This document shows, in pieces, positions 39,001 through 50,992 of a stretch of 64,000 nucleotides of DNA. Positions within the stretch are counted from its first letter, which is position 1. Each line of letters starts with the position of its first letter. Position numbers and translations under genes: made by a program. Source of the DNA: Piromyces finnis finn (taxonomy: Eukaryota; Fungi; Neocallimastigomycota); the NCBI GenBank assembly GCA_002104945.1, contig MCFH01000011.1, positions 124,001 to 188,000 on the forward strand, written 5' to 3'. The notes under the pieces were generated by a model. It was given only the letters and a program-made list of their open reading frames with translations. It was not told the DNA's origin and made no database searches.

Positions 39001-40601
39001 AGCTCGTCTGCAATTGAAAAAGCAGTTGAAGTAAACTCTTTGGAAAGTTCATCTGTAGAAACATTAGGATCGTTGAATTTTGCTGAAAGTATTTGGAATT
39101 TATTATGACTGAGAATAGATTCCTTTTCCTCAATACATTTTAATCTATTCCATTTCAGAATTTTCTTAGGAACATTAAAGTCATTAGAAAAATCTTCCAT
39201 AGGAATAATTTTACCATTAATAAGAAGTGGCTTATGGTCTGATACAGGATAAAAATTATTTATAAATGATCCTGAGTGAATAAGATCTTTCATCTTCGAA
39301 TTGATAAGAGCATGGTCAATGTCGGAAGATTGATCACCTCGAGTCCAAGAGATAGTAGACCCTCTAAGCGGAAGAATTTCCCAATCTCCTAATCCATTAG
39401 TTGATAACCAGTTGGATAATTTTACTTTAGACATATTAAAATCACCAACAAGAATCGATGGATGGGATGAATGAGTTTGTAACCACAAGCGAACTTCTAA
39501 CTTTGCATGATCAACATAGATGTTGTGATGACTATGAGGCATATAAACATTTCCAATCGAGCATTTGAATCTATTCCAGAGACTAAAAGTATAAATAGAA
39601 ATAATATACTTTCCAGAGAAGTTTTCAAGTGAGGCTTGACACGAATTGTGAAAACCTAAATATAAACCTCTCATTCCCGGAACTGATTCGTCAGCTTTCT
39701 TGAAAAAGTGTCTATAGTTTCGCAAAGTAACACGACAAGGATAATCTGTATTCGATCCAGAACCATTACCAGTTTCTTGGAAACATAAGAATAATGGTTT
39801 GAAAATAGCTGTGAAATAGCTAATACTATCTCTCTTTTCATGATTCCACCCATTGGTGTTCCAACTAAGACAAAAAGAAAAGTTATCAGGCTTGTTGGAT
39901 GAGGAAGAATCGTTGCTATTATTATTATTATTAAAGTCATCGTTATTAATGGATGATGCATCAGAGGAATAAGTAGAACTATTACTAGATGGCTGTGAAA
40001 CTGAAGAACTATCAACTATTGAACTGTTATCAGAGTTGATAGAACTATTAGAATTAATTGTTGAATGTTGAGATTGAAATTGTGTTTGCTGTAGATCTGG
40101 AATATTTTCATGATGGGAAACTTGTTGAAGATCCTGTTGAAGATCTTGTTGAAGATCGGATTGTTGATGAGATTGTTGAACTGATTGTTGAACTGATTGT
40201 TGAAATGATTGTTGAATAGAATGTTGATGTTTATTAGAAACTAAAATTTTACGTTTGAGAGTGGAAAAAGTGTATTTGTGATTCCTTCTACTACGAGCTG
40301 AAAAGGAAATTGAGGTAACTGAAAGTTTCTTCTTTAACATGTGTAAGATTTTAATACAATCTTTTGATGAACCATGAACCTTGACTAAGAAAAAGTGATC
40401 ATTGAAAGTCTGAAAATATTTAACACTAATAACTGAATTAAATTTATCTTCTAGAATAACCTCGAGTTTTTCCCATAGCATATTTACTGACCATGATCGA
40501 ATACCACGGATAAAGAAGGAGCGAATATCATCTAAGGGGATACCATAAGACCGGGTACCACGTCTGATATAATTCTTATCTTTAATATAAAGGACTGACA
40601 T
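36075..40601 (-). CDS. LINE polyprotein: RRM-like N-terminus, APE endonuclease, reverse transcriptase, CCHC zinc motif
   Basis: APE motifs SWNTNG, FQETG, GNVYMP, LVGDFN, SDIDHALI and VSDHKP. RT motifs KASGPDGIP, NYRGISL, QFGFR, AFLDLRKAYDSV, GVRQGCPLSPILF, LFADD and YTYLG. C-terminal CPCCKC-x8-HWLLDC. Confidence 0.96.
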   Translation of the reverse strand: MSVLYIKDKNYIRRGTRSYGIPLDDIRSFFIRGIRSWSVNMLWEKLEVILEDKFNSVISVKYFQTFNDHFFLVKVHGSSKDCIKILHMLKKKLSVTSISFSARSRRNHKYTFSTLKRKILVSNKHQHSIQQSFQQSVQQSVQQSHQQSDLQQDLQQDLQQVSHHENIPDLQQTQFQSQHSTINSNSSINSDNSSIVDSSSVSQPSSNSSTYSSDASSINNDDFNNNNNSNDSSSSNKPDNFSFCLSWNTNGWNHEKRDSISYFTAIFKPLFLCFQETGNGSGSNTDYPCRVTLRNYRHFFKKADESVPGMRGLYLGFHNSCQASLENFSGKYIISIYTFSLWNRFKCSIGNVYMPHSHHNIYVDHAKLEVRLWLQTHSSHPSILVGDFNMSKVKLSNWLSTNGLGDWEILPLRGSTISWTRGDQSSDIDHALINSKMKDLIHSGSFINNFYPVSDHKPLLINGKIIPMEDFSNDFNVPKKILKWNRLKCIEEKESILSHNKFQILSAKFNDPNVSTDELSKEFTSTAFSIADELSITSANNVIKSSFHISQQIFNLQKIKMKLYKRFKKERIYDIDEFIKRIKIYRKLIDYIHKRCNEFRKQEYLHWIKTGCEYMKSHNPKKAWKWIKKTAKIGKDSFFIAQPIKNKNGELVVATEEQLDVWHDHFENLASDPSGVSLDLEHWYEEPTNKRFSLPMLDEWDINQDISIDEVKSAILSTPNYKASGPDGIPIEFYKALIPSSNDSNNATDNNSSGNTTSDNDAYGLNFILKLFNRIWDGDFPNSWNESSIVSIPKKGDLTDCDNYRGISLINNGIKLISKIVTTRISEYGLKNNFIRPEQFGFRKKEESISLFISIQEICRRRQLDNKETYLAFLDLRKAYDSVPIGNILHKLDCLGIRGKSLQFIKNLYLTSKANVKLDGQFSKSFDVKKGVRQGCPLSPILFNLFINDIFKECEDLGVSLGDTRCCGGLFADDIVICAPTRGCLKKMLRRVNEWALYNEMEFGIQKCSTMVIRPESIENQNKRDPTFYLAGQPIPTTDCYTYLGVPFDKNLSLKPVIKALNNKVLKGLFSVSKFLRNPNIPIPFKKLVLNSQVISRVSYFAPLLGSNKARSSIAQKHVNKGIRWVAGVHKAVSFISLYSISKDLNIPPLSAKCALAQVRCFNKWKNSNCIISYLVNYIPKFRKYTWCKSSRTLDKKLKKHGDVKAVKNFYWKDLKGNSIKAQYYDDNKFIDTKDFIKLCYEYPEFAYGFYWLLKARSGYKLDARVAKAAKFVDPVCPNYCPCCKCGDQSIKHWLLDCPTFRDIRIKHYDSIVQLLNFFSQRNSNSPINNNEIDNISRDSNNINSNSNNSNNNNSNSNNSNNNNSSNRNNNISNDSNSEDNNSNLDSNLVNDSNSSNNPVNINVYDYSSVCSKIFKFLLGGRSFNNINYNSREWKELCKRQIQSGTNEGTPFLTVTAELLTKIMPFAIGQQWSMFKRFEATSKSVNAEETVRQARRASATNGDHNFVP

Positions 40602-41245
40602 GATAATAATTCTAATTAAAAAATATTGAATATAAAATAAATACTAATAAAAATTACAAATATAACGTATATGGAAAAAAATCTGTCTCTCTCTCTCTTC
40701 TTAAAAGTACTGGATAGTACAAAAATTGTTACGATGCTTTGTTTAAAGTTTCTTTTTTTTGAATTCTAGTTGTAAATTTTCTTTAAAAATTCTAGTTTTG
40801 GTTTGTTGTTAGTAAATTCGATTCGCTTTTTGACACTAAACTTGTTTGACTTTACTTTTCATTAAATATTTAAATTGGTAAAAAATTTGAATCAAGAATG
40901 TCGACACCAGAAAGCTTGTGAATAGTATTTTTACATGATGTAGAGTGAATCAGTCTCTTACAAGAAACAATACAACAATAGCTACATGAATATAAAAGTA
41001 CAATGCAAATGCTAAAGTTGACTACATTGGATTCTTACAAGAGAAGAGTAGTACTACATGAATACATGAATAAAAGAAAAAATACAGCAACAAAATGTAT
41101 TACTCTTCTAATTAAATACTATACAAACTTACCTGAAAAATCAAACATTCACTTATTCATCAAATACTTAAATTTGATGAATAAAATGTTTTTTAATCGC
41201 TCAGTACCATGAGCTTAGTCCTAATAATTTTCCCTTGAAGACTAA

Positions 41246-41604
41246 CCAAGCATCCATTGCGCAATGCTTGGATTTAATTCTTTCTACTCTCTCAGTACCA
41301 TGAGCATGAGTAGACCCCCTTGAGAAATTACATTTATTAAATAAATGAAGGCACATTCCTAAGAGGGCACCAAGCATCCATTGCGCAATACTTGGATTTA
41401 ATTCTTTCTACTCTCTCAGTACCATGAGCATGAGTAGACCCCTTGAGAAACTACATTTATTAAATAAATGAAGGCACGTTCCCAAGAGGGCACCAAGCAT
41501 CCATTGCGCAATACTTGATTTATTCTTTTACTCTCTCAGTACATGAGCATGAGTAACCCTTGAGAAACTACATTTATTAAATAAATGAAGGCACGTTCCC
41601 AAGA
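41246..41604 (-). repeat. Three tandem 124-bp 5' monomers of copy E
   Basis: Unit starts (plus strand CCAAGCATCC) at 41246, 41370 and 41493. Confidence 0.93.
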
Positions 41605-41638
41605 ATGAGATAGATTGAAATTTTATTTATGCCTTCAA

Positions 41639-41642
<4 letters not shown>

Positions 41643-41686
<44 letters not shown>

Positions 41687-44600
41687 GGCATCAAATATTT
41701 TAAACTTTATTATTAATTTAATTAAAATTATAATACATGTAATATAAAAATTAAAATAAAATAAAAATAAAAAAAATATGTTTAAATAACACAAATGAAT
41801 AAAAATTGGGTATAATGTATTCTAGTAATTTTAATTAAAGTAAGAAAGCCACTATCATACTAAAGTATAATAATTGTATTTGACTTCCAATGGGACACCG
41901 AGCCAAAGATCAAAATTTTATCATGGACAAAATTATGATCTCCATTGGTTGCGCTGGCCCTCCTGGCCTGTCTTACTGTTTCTTCAGCATTGACGCTCTT
42001 GGATGTTGCTTCAAACCTTTTGAACATTGACCATTGCTGGCCAATAGCAAAAGGCATGATTTTGGTTAGAAGTTCCGCGGTTACCGTCAAGAATGGTGTT
42101 CCTTCGTTAGTACCAGATTGAATCTGACGCTTACAAAGTTCTTTCCATTCCCTTGAATTGTAATTAATATTGTTAAAACTTCTTCCCCCAAGAAGGAATT
42201 TAAATATTTTACTGCACACACTAGAATAATCATACACATTAATATTCACCGGATTATTAGAACTATTACTATCATTAACTAAATTACTATCTAAATTAGA
42301 ATTATTATCTTCACTATTGCTATCATTACTAATATTATTATTTCTATTACTACTATTGTTATTATTACTATTGTTACTATTACTATTGTTATTATTACTA
42401 TTGTTACTATTACTATTAATATTATTACTATCTCTACTGATATTATCAATTTCATTATTATTGATAGGACTATTGGAATTACGTTGACTGAAAAAATTTA
42501 ATAGCTGGACTATGGAATCATAATGTTTAATACGGATATCTCTAAATGTTGGACAATCTAATAACCAATGTTTAATACTTTGATCTCCACACTTGCAACA
42601 TGGACAGTAGTTAGGACAAACTGGATCAACAAATTTGGCAGCTTTGGCAACTCTAGCATCCAACTTGTATCCGCTTCTTGCTTTCAATAGCCAGTAGAAG
42701 CCATAGGCAAACTCTGGGTACTCATAACATAATTTAATAAAATCTTTAGTTCAATAAACTTATTATCATCATAATATTGCGCTTTGATTGAATTCCCTTT
42801 GAGATCTTTCCAATAAAAGTTTTTAACTGCTTTAACATCTCCATGTTTCTTTAGTTTTTTATCAAGTGTCCTACTTGATTTGCACCACGTGTATTTTCTA
42901 AATTTAGGAATGTAATTGACAAGGTGTGAGATAATACAATTTGAGTTTTTCCATTTGTTAAAACATCTAACCTGAGCTAATGCACATTTGGCTGACAATG
43001 GAGGAATATTCAAATCTTTTGAGATAGAGTATAAAGATATAAACGATACAGCTTTATGAACTCCGGCAACCCATCGTATTCCTTTGTTAACATGCTTCTG
43101 TGCAATCCTAGACCTGGCTTTGTTGGATCCAAGTAATGGTGCAAAGTATGAAACTCTGCTAATCACTTGTGAGTTAAGTACTAGCTTTTTGAAGGGAATA
43201 GGAATATTAGGATTTCTTAAGAATTTACTGACTGAGAAAAGTCCTTTCAAAACCTTGTTATTAAGAGCTTTAATAACTGGTTTAAGGGACAGATTCTTAT
43301 CAAATGGAACACCAAGATAAGTATAACAATCAGTAGTTGGAATGGGTTGTCCTGCTAAGTAAAATGTTGGATCTCTCTTGTTCTGATTTTCTATTGATTC
43401 AGGACGAATCACCATCGTTGAACACTTCTGGATACCAAATTCCATTTCATTATACAAGGCCCATTCATTAACTCTTCTAAGCATCTTTTTTAAGCATCCT
43501 CTTGTTGGAGCACAAATAACTATATCATCTGCAAAAAGTCCACCACAGCATCGAGTGTCACCTAAACTGACTCCGAGATCTTCACACTCTTTAAATATAT
43601 CATTAATAAAGAGATTAAAGAGAATAGGAGAAAGAGGGCATCCTTGACGGACTCCTTTCTTCACATCAAAAGATTTCGAGAATTGTCCATCTAATTTGAC
43701 ATTAGCCTTAGATGTTAAATATAAATTTTTGATGAATTGTAAACTCTTACCTCGGATTCCTAAACAATCTAATTTATGGAGAATATTACCGATTGGGACT
43801 GAATCGTATGCTTTCCTGAGATCTAAAAAGGCCAAATATGTCTCTTTATTATCTAATTGACGTCTACGGCATATTTCTTGGATTGAAATGAAAAGACTGA
43901 TACTTTCTTCCTTTTTTCGAAAACCAAATTGTTCAGGTCTAATGAAATTATTCTTTAGACCATATTCTGAGATTCTAGTGGTGACAATTTTGGAAATCAA
44001 CTTAATACCATTATTGATAAGTGATATACCTCGATAGTTATCACAATCTGTCAAATCTCCCTTCTTAGGAATAGAAACAATACTGGATTCATTCCATGAG
44101 TTGGGGAAGTCTCCATCCCAAATACGGTTGAATAATTTAAGAATAAAATTTAAACCATAAGCATCATTATCTGAAGTGGTATTACCGGAAGAATTATTAT
44201 CTGTAGCATTATTAGAATCATTACTTGATGGAATTAATGCTTTGTAAAATTCAATTGGAATACCATCCGGACCTGATGCTTTATAATTCGGAGTAGAGAG
44301 GATAGCTGACTTGACTTCATCAATACTAATATCTTGGTTGATATCCCATTCATCAAGCATAGGGAGTGAAAAACGTTTATTCGTTGGTTCTTCATACCAA
44401 TGCTCCAAATCAAGACTTACACCACTTGGATCTGATGCAAGATTTTCGAAATGATCATGCCACACATCTAGTTGTTCTTCCGTAGCAACAACTAATTCTC
44501 CATTTTTTTTTTAATTGGTTGAGCAATAAAGAAAGAATCTTTTCCAATTTTTGCAGTTTTCTTGATCCATTTCCAGGCCTTCTTAGGATTATGACTCTTC

Positions 44601-45312
44601 ATATACTCACATCCTGTTTTAATCCAATGAAGATATTCTTGTTTCCTAAATTCATTACATCTTTTGTGGATGTAATCAATGAGCTTACGGTAGATTTTAA
44701 TTCTTTTAATAAATTCATCTATATCATAAATTCTTTCTTTTTTAAATCTCTTATACAACTTCATTTTGATTTTTTGGAGATTAAAAATTTGTTGTGAAAT
44801 ATGAAATGAAGACTTTATAACATTATTTGCTGAGGTAATACTGAGCTCGTCTGCAATTGAAAAAGCAGTTGAAGTAAACTCTTTGGAAAGTTCATCTGTA
44901 GAAACATTAGGATCGTTGAATTTTGCTGAAAGTATTTGGAATTTATTATGACTGAGAATAGATTCCTTTTCCTCAATACATTTTAATCTATTCCATTTCA
45001 GAATTTTCTTAGGAACATTAAAGTCATTAGAAAAATCTTCCATAGGAATAATTTTACCATTAATAAGAAGTGGCTTATGGTCTGATACAGGATAAAAATT
45101 ATTTATAAATGATCCTGAGTGAATAAGATCTTTCATCTTCGAATTGATAAGAGCATGGTCAATGTCGGAAGATTGATCACCTCGAGTCCAAGAGATAGTA
45201 GACCCTCTAAGCGGAAGAATTTCCCAATCTCCTAATCCATTAGTTGATAACCAGTTGGATAATTTTACTTTAGACATATTAAAATCACCAACAAGAATCG
45301 ATGGATGGATGA
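41643..45312 (-). mobile_element. LINE segment D: from mid-endonuclease to poly(A) (41 nt); probably the 3' part of the element whose 5' part is segment B
   Basis: Begins at HPSILVGDFN and has a few 1-bp indels. It shares E-type SNPs (e.g. NDAYGL) with copy E. Poly(T) at 41643-41683. Confidence 0.93.
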
Positions 45313-48300
45313 TTTTTTTTTTTTTTTTTTTTTTTTTTAACGGCATCAAATATTTTAAACTTTATTATTAATTAAATTAAAATTATAATACATGTAATAT
45401 AAAAATTAAAATAAAATAAAAATAAAAAAATATGTTTAAATAAACACAAATGAATAAAAATTGGGTATAATGTATTCTAGTAATTTTAATTAAAGTAAGA
45501 AAGCCACTATCATACTAAAGTATAATAATTGTATTTGACTTCCAATGGGACACCGAGCCAAAGATCAAAATTTTGTCATGGAACAAAATTATGATCTCCA
45601 TTGGTTGCGCTGGCCCTCCTGGCCTGTCTTACTGTTTCTTCAGCATTGACGCTCTTGGATGTTGCTTCAAACCTTTTGAACATTGTCCATTGCTGGCCAA
45701 TAGCAAAAGGCATGATTTTGGTTAGAAGTTCCGCGGTTACCGTCAAGAATGGTGTTCCTTCGTTAGTACCAGATTGAATCTGACGCTTACAAAGTTCTTT
45801 CCATTCCCTTGAATTGTAATTAATATTGTTAAAACTTCTTCCCCCAAGAAGGAATTTAAATATTTTACTGCACACACTAGAATAATCATACACATTAATA
45901 TTCACCGGATTATTAGAGCTATTACTATCATTAACTAAATTACTATTTAAATTAGAATTATTATCTTCACTATTGCTATCATTATAATATTATTATTTCT
46001 ATTACTACTATTGTTATTATTACTATTTTTACTATTACTATTGTTATTATTACTATTGTTATTATATATTGTTACTATTACTATTATGTTATTACTATCT
46101 CTACTGATATTATCAATTTCATTATTATTGATAGGACTATTGGAATTACGTTGACTGAAAAAATTTAATAGCTGGACTATAGAATCATAATGTTTAATAC
46201 GGATATCTCTAAATGTTGGACAATCTAATAACCAATGTTTAATACTTTGATCTCCACACTTGCAACATGGACAGTAGTTAGGACAAACTGGATCAACAAA
46301 TTTGGCAGCTTTGGCAACTCTAGCATCCAACTTATATCCGCTTCTTGCTTTCAATAGCCAGTAGAAGCCATAGGCAAACTCTGGGTATCATAACATAATT
46401 TGATAAAATCTTTAGTTTCAATAAATTTATTATCATCATAATATTGCGCTTTGATTGAATTCCCTTTGAGATCTTTCCAATAAAAGTTTTTAACTGCTTT
46501 AACATCTCCATGTTTCTTTAATTTTTTATCAAGTGTCCTACTTGATTTGCACCACGTGTATTTTCTAAATTTAGGAATGTAATTGACAAGGTGTGAGATA
46601 ATACAATTTGAGTTTTTCCATTTGTTAAAACATCTAACCTGAGCTAACGCACATTTGGCTGACAATGGAGGAATATTCAAATCTTTTGAATAGAGTATAA
46701 AGATATAAACGATACAGCTTTATGAACTCCGGCAACCCATCGTATTCCTTTGTTAACATGCTTCTGAGCAATCCTAGACCTAGCTTTGTTGGATCCAAGT
46801 AATGGTGCAAAGTATGAAACTCTGCTAATCACTTGTGAGTTAAGTACTAGCTTTTTGAAAGGAATAGGAATATTAGGATTTCTTAAGAATTTACTGACTG
46901 AGAAAAGTCCTTTCAAAACCTTGTTATTAAGAGCTTTAATTACTGGTTTAAGGGACAATTCTTATCAAATGGAACACCAAGATAAGTATAACAATCAGTA
47001 GTTGGAATGGGTTGTCCTGCTAAGTAAAATGTTGGATCTCTCTTGTTCTGATTTTCTATTGATTCAGGACGAATCACCATCGTTGAACATTTCTGGATAC
47101 CAAATTCCATTTCATTATACAGGCCCATTCATTAACTCTTCTAAGCATCTTTTTTAAGCATCCTCTTGTTGGAGCACAAATAACTATATCATCTGCAAAA
47201 AGTCCACCACAGCATCGAGTGTCACCTAAACTGACTCCGAGATCTTCGCACTCTCTAAATATATCATTAATAAAGAGATTAAAGAGAATAGGAGAAAGAG
47301 GGCATCCTTGACGGACTCCTTTCTTCACATCAAAAGATTTCGAGAATTGTCCATCTAATTTGACATTAGCCTTAGATGTTAAATATAAATTTTTGATAAA
47401 TTGTAAACTCTTACCTCGGATTCCTAAACAATCTAATTTATGGAGAATATTACCGATTGGGACTGAATCGTATGCTTTCCTGAGATCTAAAAAGGCCAAA
47501 TATGTCTCTTTATTATCTAATTGACGTCTACGGCATATTTCTTGGATTGAAATGAAAAGACTGATACTTTCTTCCTTTTTTCGAAAACCAAATTGTTCAG
47601 GTCTAATGAAATTATTCTTTAGACCATATTCTGAGATTCTAGTGGTGACAATTTTGGAAATCAACTTAATACCATTATTGATAAGTGATATACCTCGATA
47701 GTTATCACAATCTGTCAAATCTCCCTTCTTAGGAATAGAAACAATACTGGATTCATTCCATGAGTTGGGGAAATCTCCATCCCAAATACGGTTAAATAAT
47801 TTAAGAATAAAATTTAAACCATGAGCATCATTATCTGAAGTAGTATTACCAGAAGAATTATTATCTGTAGCATTATTAGAATCATTACTTGATGGAATTA
47901 ATGCTTTGTAAAATTCAATTGGAATACCATCCGGACCTGATGCTTTATAATTTGGAGTAGAGAGGATAGCTGACTTGACTTCATCAATACTAATATCTTG
48001 GTTGATATCCCACTCATCAAGCATAGGAAGTGAAAAACGTTTATTCATTGGTTCTTCATACCAATGCTCCAAATCAAGACTTACACCACTTGGATCTGAT
48101 GCAAGATTTTCGAAATGATCATGCCACACATCTAGTTGTTCTTCCGTAGCAACAACTAATTCTCCATTTTTATTTTTAATTGGTTGAGCAATAAAGAAAG
48201 AATCTTTTCCTATTTTTGCAGTTTTCTTGATCCATTTCCAGGCCTTCTTAGGATTATGACTCTTCATATACTCACATCCTGTTTTAATCCAATGAAGATA

Positions 48301-50992
48301 TTCTTGTTTCCTAAATTCATTACATCTTTTGTGGATGTAATCAATGAGCTTACGGTAGATTTTAATTCTTTTAATAAATTCATCTATATCATAAATTCTT
48401 TCTTTTTTAAATCTCTTATACAACTTCATTTTGATTTTTTGAAGATTAAAAATTTGTTGTGAAATATGAAATGAAGACTTTATAACATTATTTGCTGAGG
48501 TAATACTGAGCTCGTCTGCAATTGAAAAAGCAGTTGAAGTAAACTCTTTGGAAAGTTCATCTGTAGAAACATTAGGATCGTTGAATTTTGCTGAAAGTAT
48601 TTGGAATTTATTATGACTGAGAATAGATTCCTTTTCTTCAATACATTTTAATCTATTCCATTTCAGAATTTTCTTAGGAACATTAAAGTCATTAGAAAAA
48701 TCTTCCATAGGAATAATTTTACCATTAATAAGAAGTGGCTTATGGTCTGATACAGGATAAAAATTATTTATAAATGATCCTGAGTGAATAAGATCTTTCA
48801 TCTTCGAATTGATAAGAGCATGGTCAATGTCGGAAGATTGATCACCTCGAGTCCAAGAGATAGTCGACCCTCTAAGCGGAAGAATTTCCCAATCTCCTAA
48901 TCCATTAGTTGATAACCAGTTGGATAATTTTACTTTAGACATATTAAAATCACCAACAAGAATCGATGGATGGGATGAATGAGTTTGTAACCACAAGCGA
49001 ACTTCTAACTTTGCATGATCAACATAGATGTTGTGATGACTATGAGGCATATAAACATTTCCAATCGAGCATTTGAATCTATTCCAGAGACTAAAAGTAT
49101 AAATAGAAATAATATACTTTCCAGAGAAGTTTTCAAGTGAGGCTTGACATGAATTGTGAAAACCTAAATATAAACCTCTCATTCCCGGAACTGATTCGTC
49201 AGCTTTCTTGAAAAAGTGTCTATAGTTTCGCAAAGTAACACGACAAGGATAATCTGTATTCGATCCAGAACCATTACCAGTTTCTTGGAAACATAAAAAT
49301 AATGGTTTGAAAATAGCAGTGAAATAGCTAATACTATCTCTCTTTTCGTGATTCCACCCATTGGTGTTCCAACTAAGACAAAAAGAAAAGTTATCAGGCT
49401 TGTTGGATGAGGAAGAATCGTTGCTATTATTATTATAATTAAAGTCATCGTTATTAATGGATGATGCATCAGAGGAATAAGTAGAACTATTACTAGATGG
49501 CTGTGAAACTGAAGAACTATCAACTATTGAACTGTTATCAGAGTTGATAGAACTATTAGAATTAATTGTTGAATGTTGAGATTGAAATTGTGTTTGCTGT
49601 AGATCTGGAATATTTTCATGATGGGAAACTTGTTGAAGATCTTGTTGAAGATCTTGTTGAAGATCGGATTGTTGATGAGATTGTTGAACTGATTGTTGAA
49701 ATGATTGTTGAATAGAATGTTGATGTTTATTAGAAACTAAAATTTTACGTTTGAGAGTGGAAAAAGTGTATTTGTGATTCCTTCTACTACGAGCTGAAAA
49801 GGAAATTGAGGTAACTGAAAGTTTCTTCTTTAACATGTGTAAGATTTTAATACAATCTTTTGATGAACCATGAACCTTGACTAAGAAAAAGTGATCATTG
49901 AAAGTCTGAAAATATTTAACACTAATAACTGAATTAAATTTATCTTCTAGAATAACCTCGAGTTTTTCCCATAGCATATTTACTGACCATGATCGAATAC
50001 CACGGATAAAGAAGGAGCGAATATCATCTAAGGGGATACCATAAGACCGGGTACCACGTCTGATATAATTCTTGTCTTTAATATAAAGGACTGACATGAT
50101 AATAAATTCTAATTAAAAATATTGAATATAAAATAAATACTAATAAAAATTATAAATATAACGTATATGGAAAAAAAATCTGTCTCTCTCTCTCTTCTTA
50201 AAAGTACTGGATAGAACAAAAATTGTTACGATGCTTTGTTTAAAGTTTCTTTTTTTTTGAATTCTAGTTGTAAATTTTCTTTAAAAATTCTAGTTTTGGT
50301 TTGTTGTTAGTAAATTCGATTCGCTTTTTGACACTAAAATTGTTTGACTTACTTTTCATTAAATATTTAAATTGGTAAAAAATTTGAATCAAGAATGTCG
50401 ACACCAGAAAGCTTGTGAATAGTATTTTTACATGATGTAGAGTGAATCAGTCTCTTACAAGAAACAATACAACAATAGCTACATGAATATAAAAATACAA
50501 TGCAAATGCTAAAGTTGACTACATTGGATTCTTACAAGAGAAGAGTAGTACTACATGAATACATGAATAAAAGAAAAAAATACAGCAACAAAATGTATTA
50601 CTCTTCTAATTAAATACTATACAAACTTACCTGAGTATCAAACATTCAACTTATTCATCAAATACTTAAATTCGATGAATAAAATGTTTTTTAATCGCTC
50701 AGTACCATGAGCTTAGTCCTAATAATTTTCCCTTGAAGACTAACCAAGCATCCATTGCGCAATGCTTGGATTTAATTCTTTCTACTCTCTCAGTACCATG
50801 AGCATGAGTAGACCCCCTTGAGAAATTACATTTATTAAATAAATGAAGGCACGTTCCTAAGAGGGCACCAAGCATCCATTGCGCAATACTTGGATTTAAT
50901 TCTTTCTACTCTCTCAGTACCATGAGCATGAGTAGACCCCCTTGAGAAACTACATTTATTAAATAAATGAAGGCACGTTCCCAAGAGGGTAT
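45313..50992 (-). mobile_element. LINE copy C: full-length (2 monomers, ATG 50097, stop 45576, poly(A) 26 nt) with several 1-bp indels in its 3' third
   Basis: ORF pieces 47074-50097, 46940-47128, 46677-46958, 46351-46680, 45947-46354 and 45576-45905 tile the 1508-aa protein. Monomers at 50744 and 50868. Confidence 0.94.

Larger units (their letters stand above)
35792..41604 (-). mobile_element. LINE copy E: full-length and apparently intact (~5.8 kb), 3 monomers, ~645-nt 5'UTR, single ORF, 3'UTR, poly(A) 44 nt
   Basis: Uninterrupted 1508-aa ORF at 36075-40601, poly(T) at 35792-35835, monomers at 41246-41604. Confidence 0.96.

Noticed and set aside
41003-41212. 69-aa antisense ORF in the 5'UTR (also 52111-52320) as an L1 ORF0 analogue
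   Set aside because: It is frameshifted by an extra A in copies H and C, so it is not conserved between subtypes.
41246-41604. 124-bp repeats as a CRISPR-like array
   Set aside because: The units are directly adjacent with no unique spacers, and they are the 5' termini of LINE copies in a eukaryote.
45313-47130. Frameshifts in copies C and D as programmed recoding or true inactivation
   Set aside because: They are scattered 1-bp deletions, several in homopolymers, at different sites in each copy. This fits unpolished long-read errors in a repeat or random decay, and it cannot be resolved from sequence alone.
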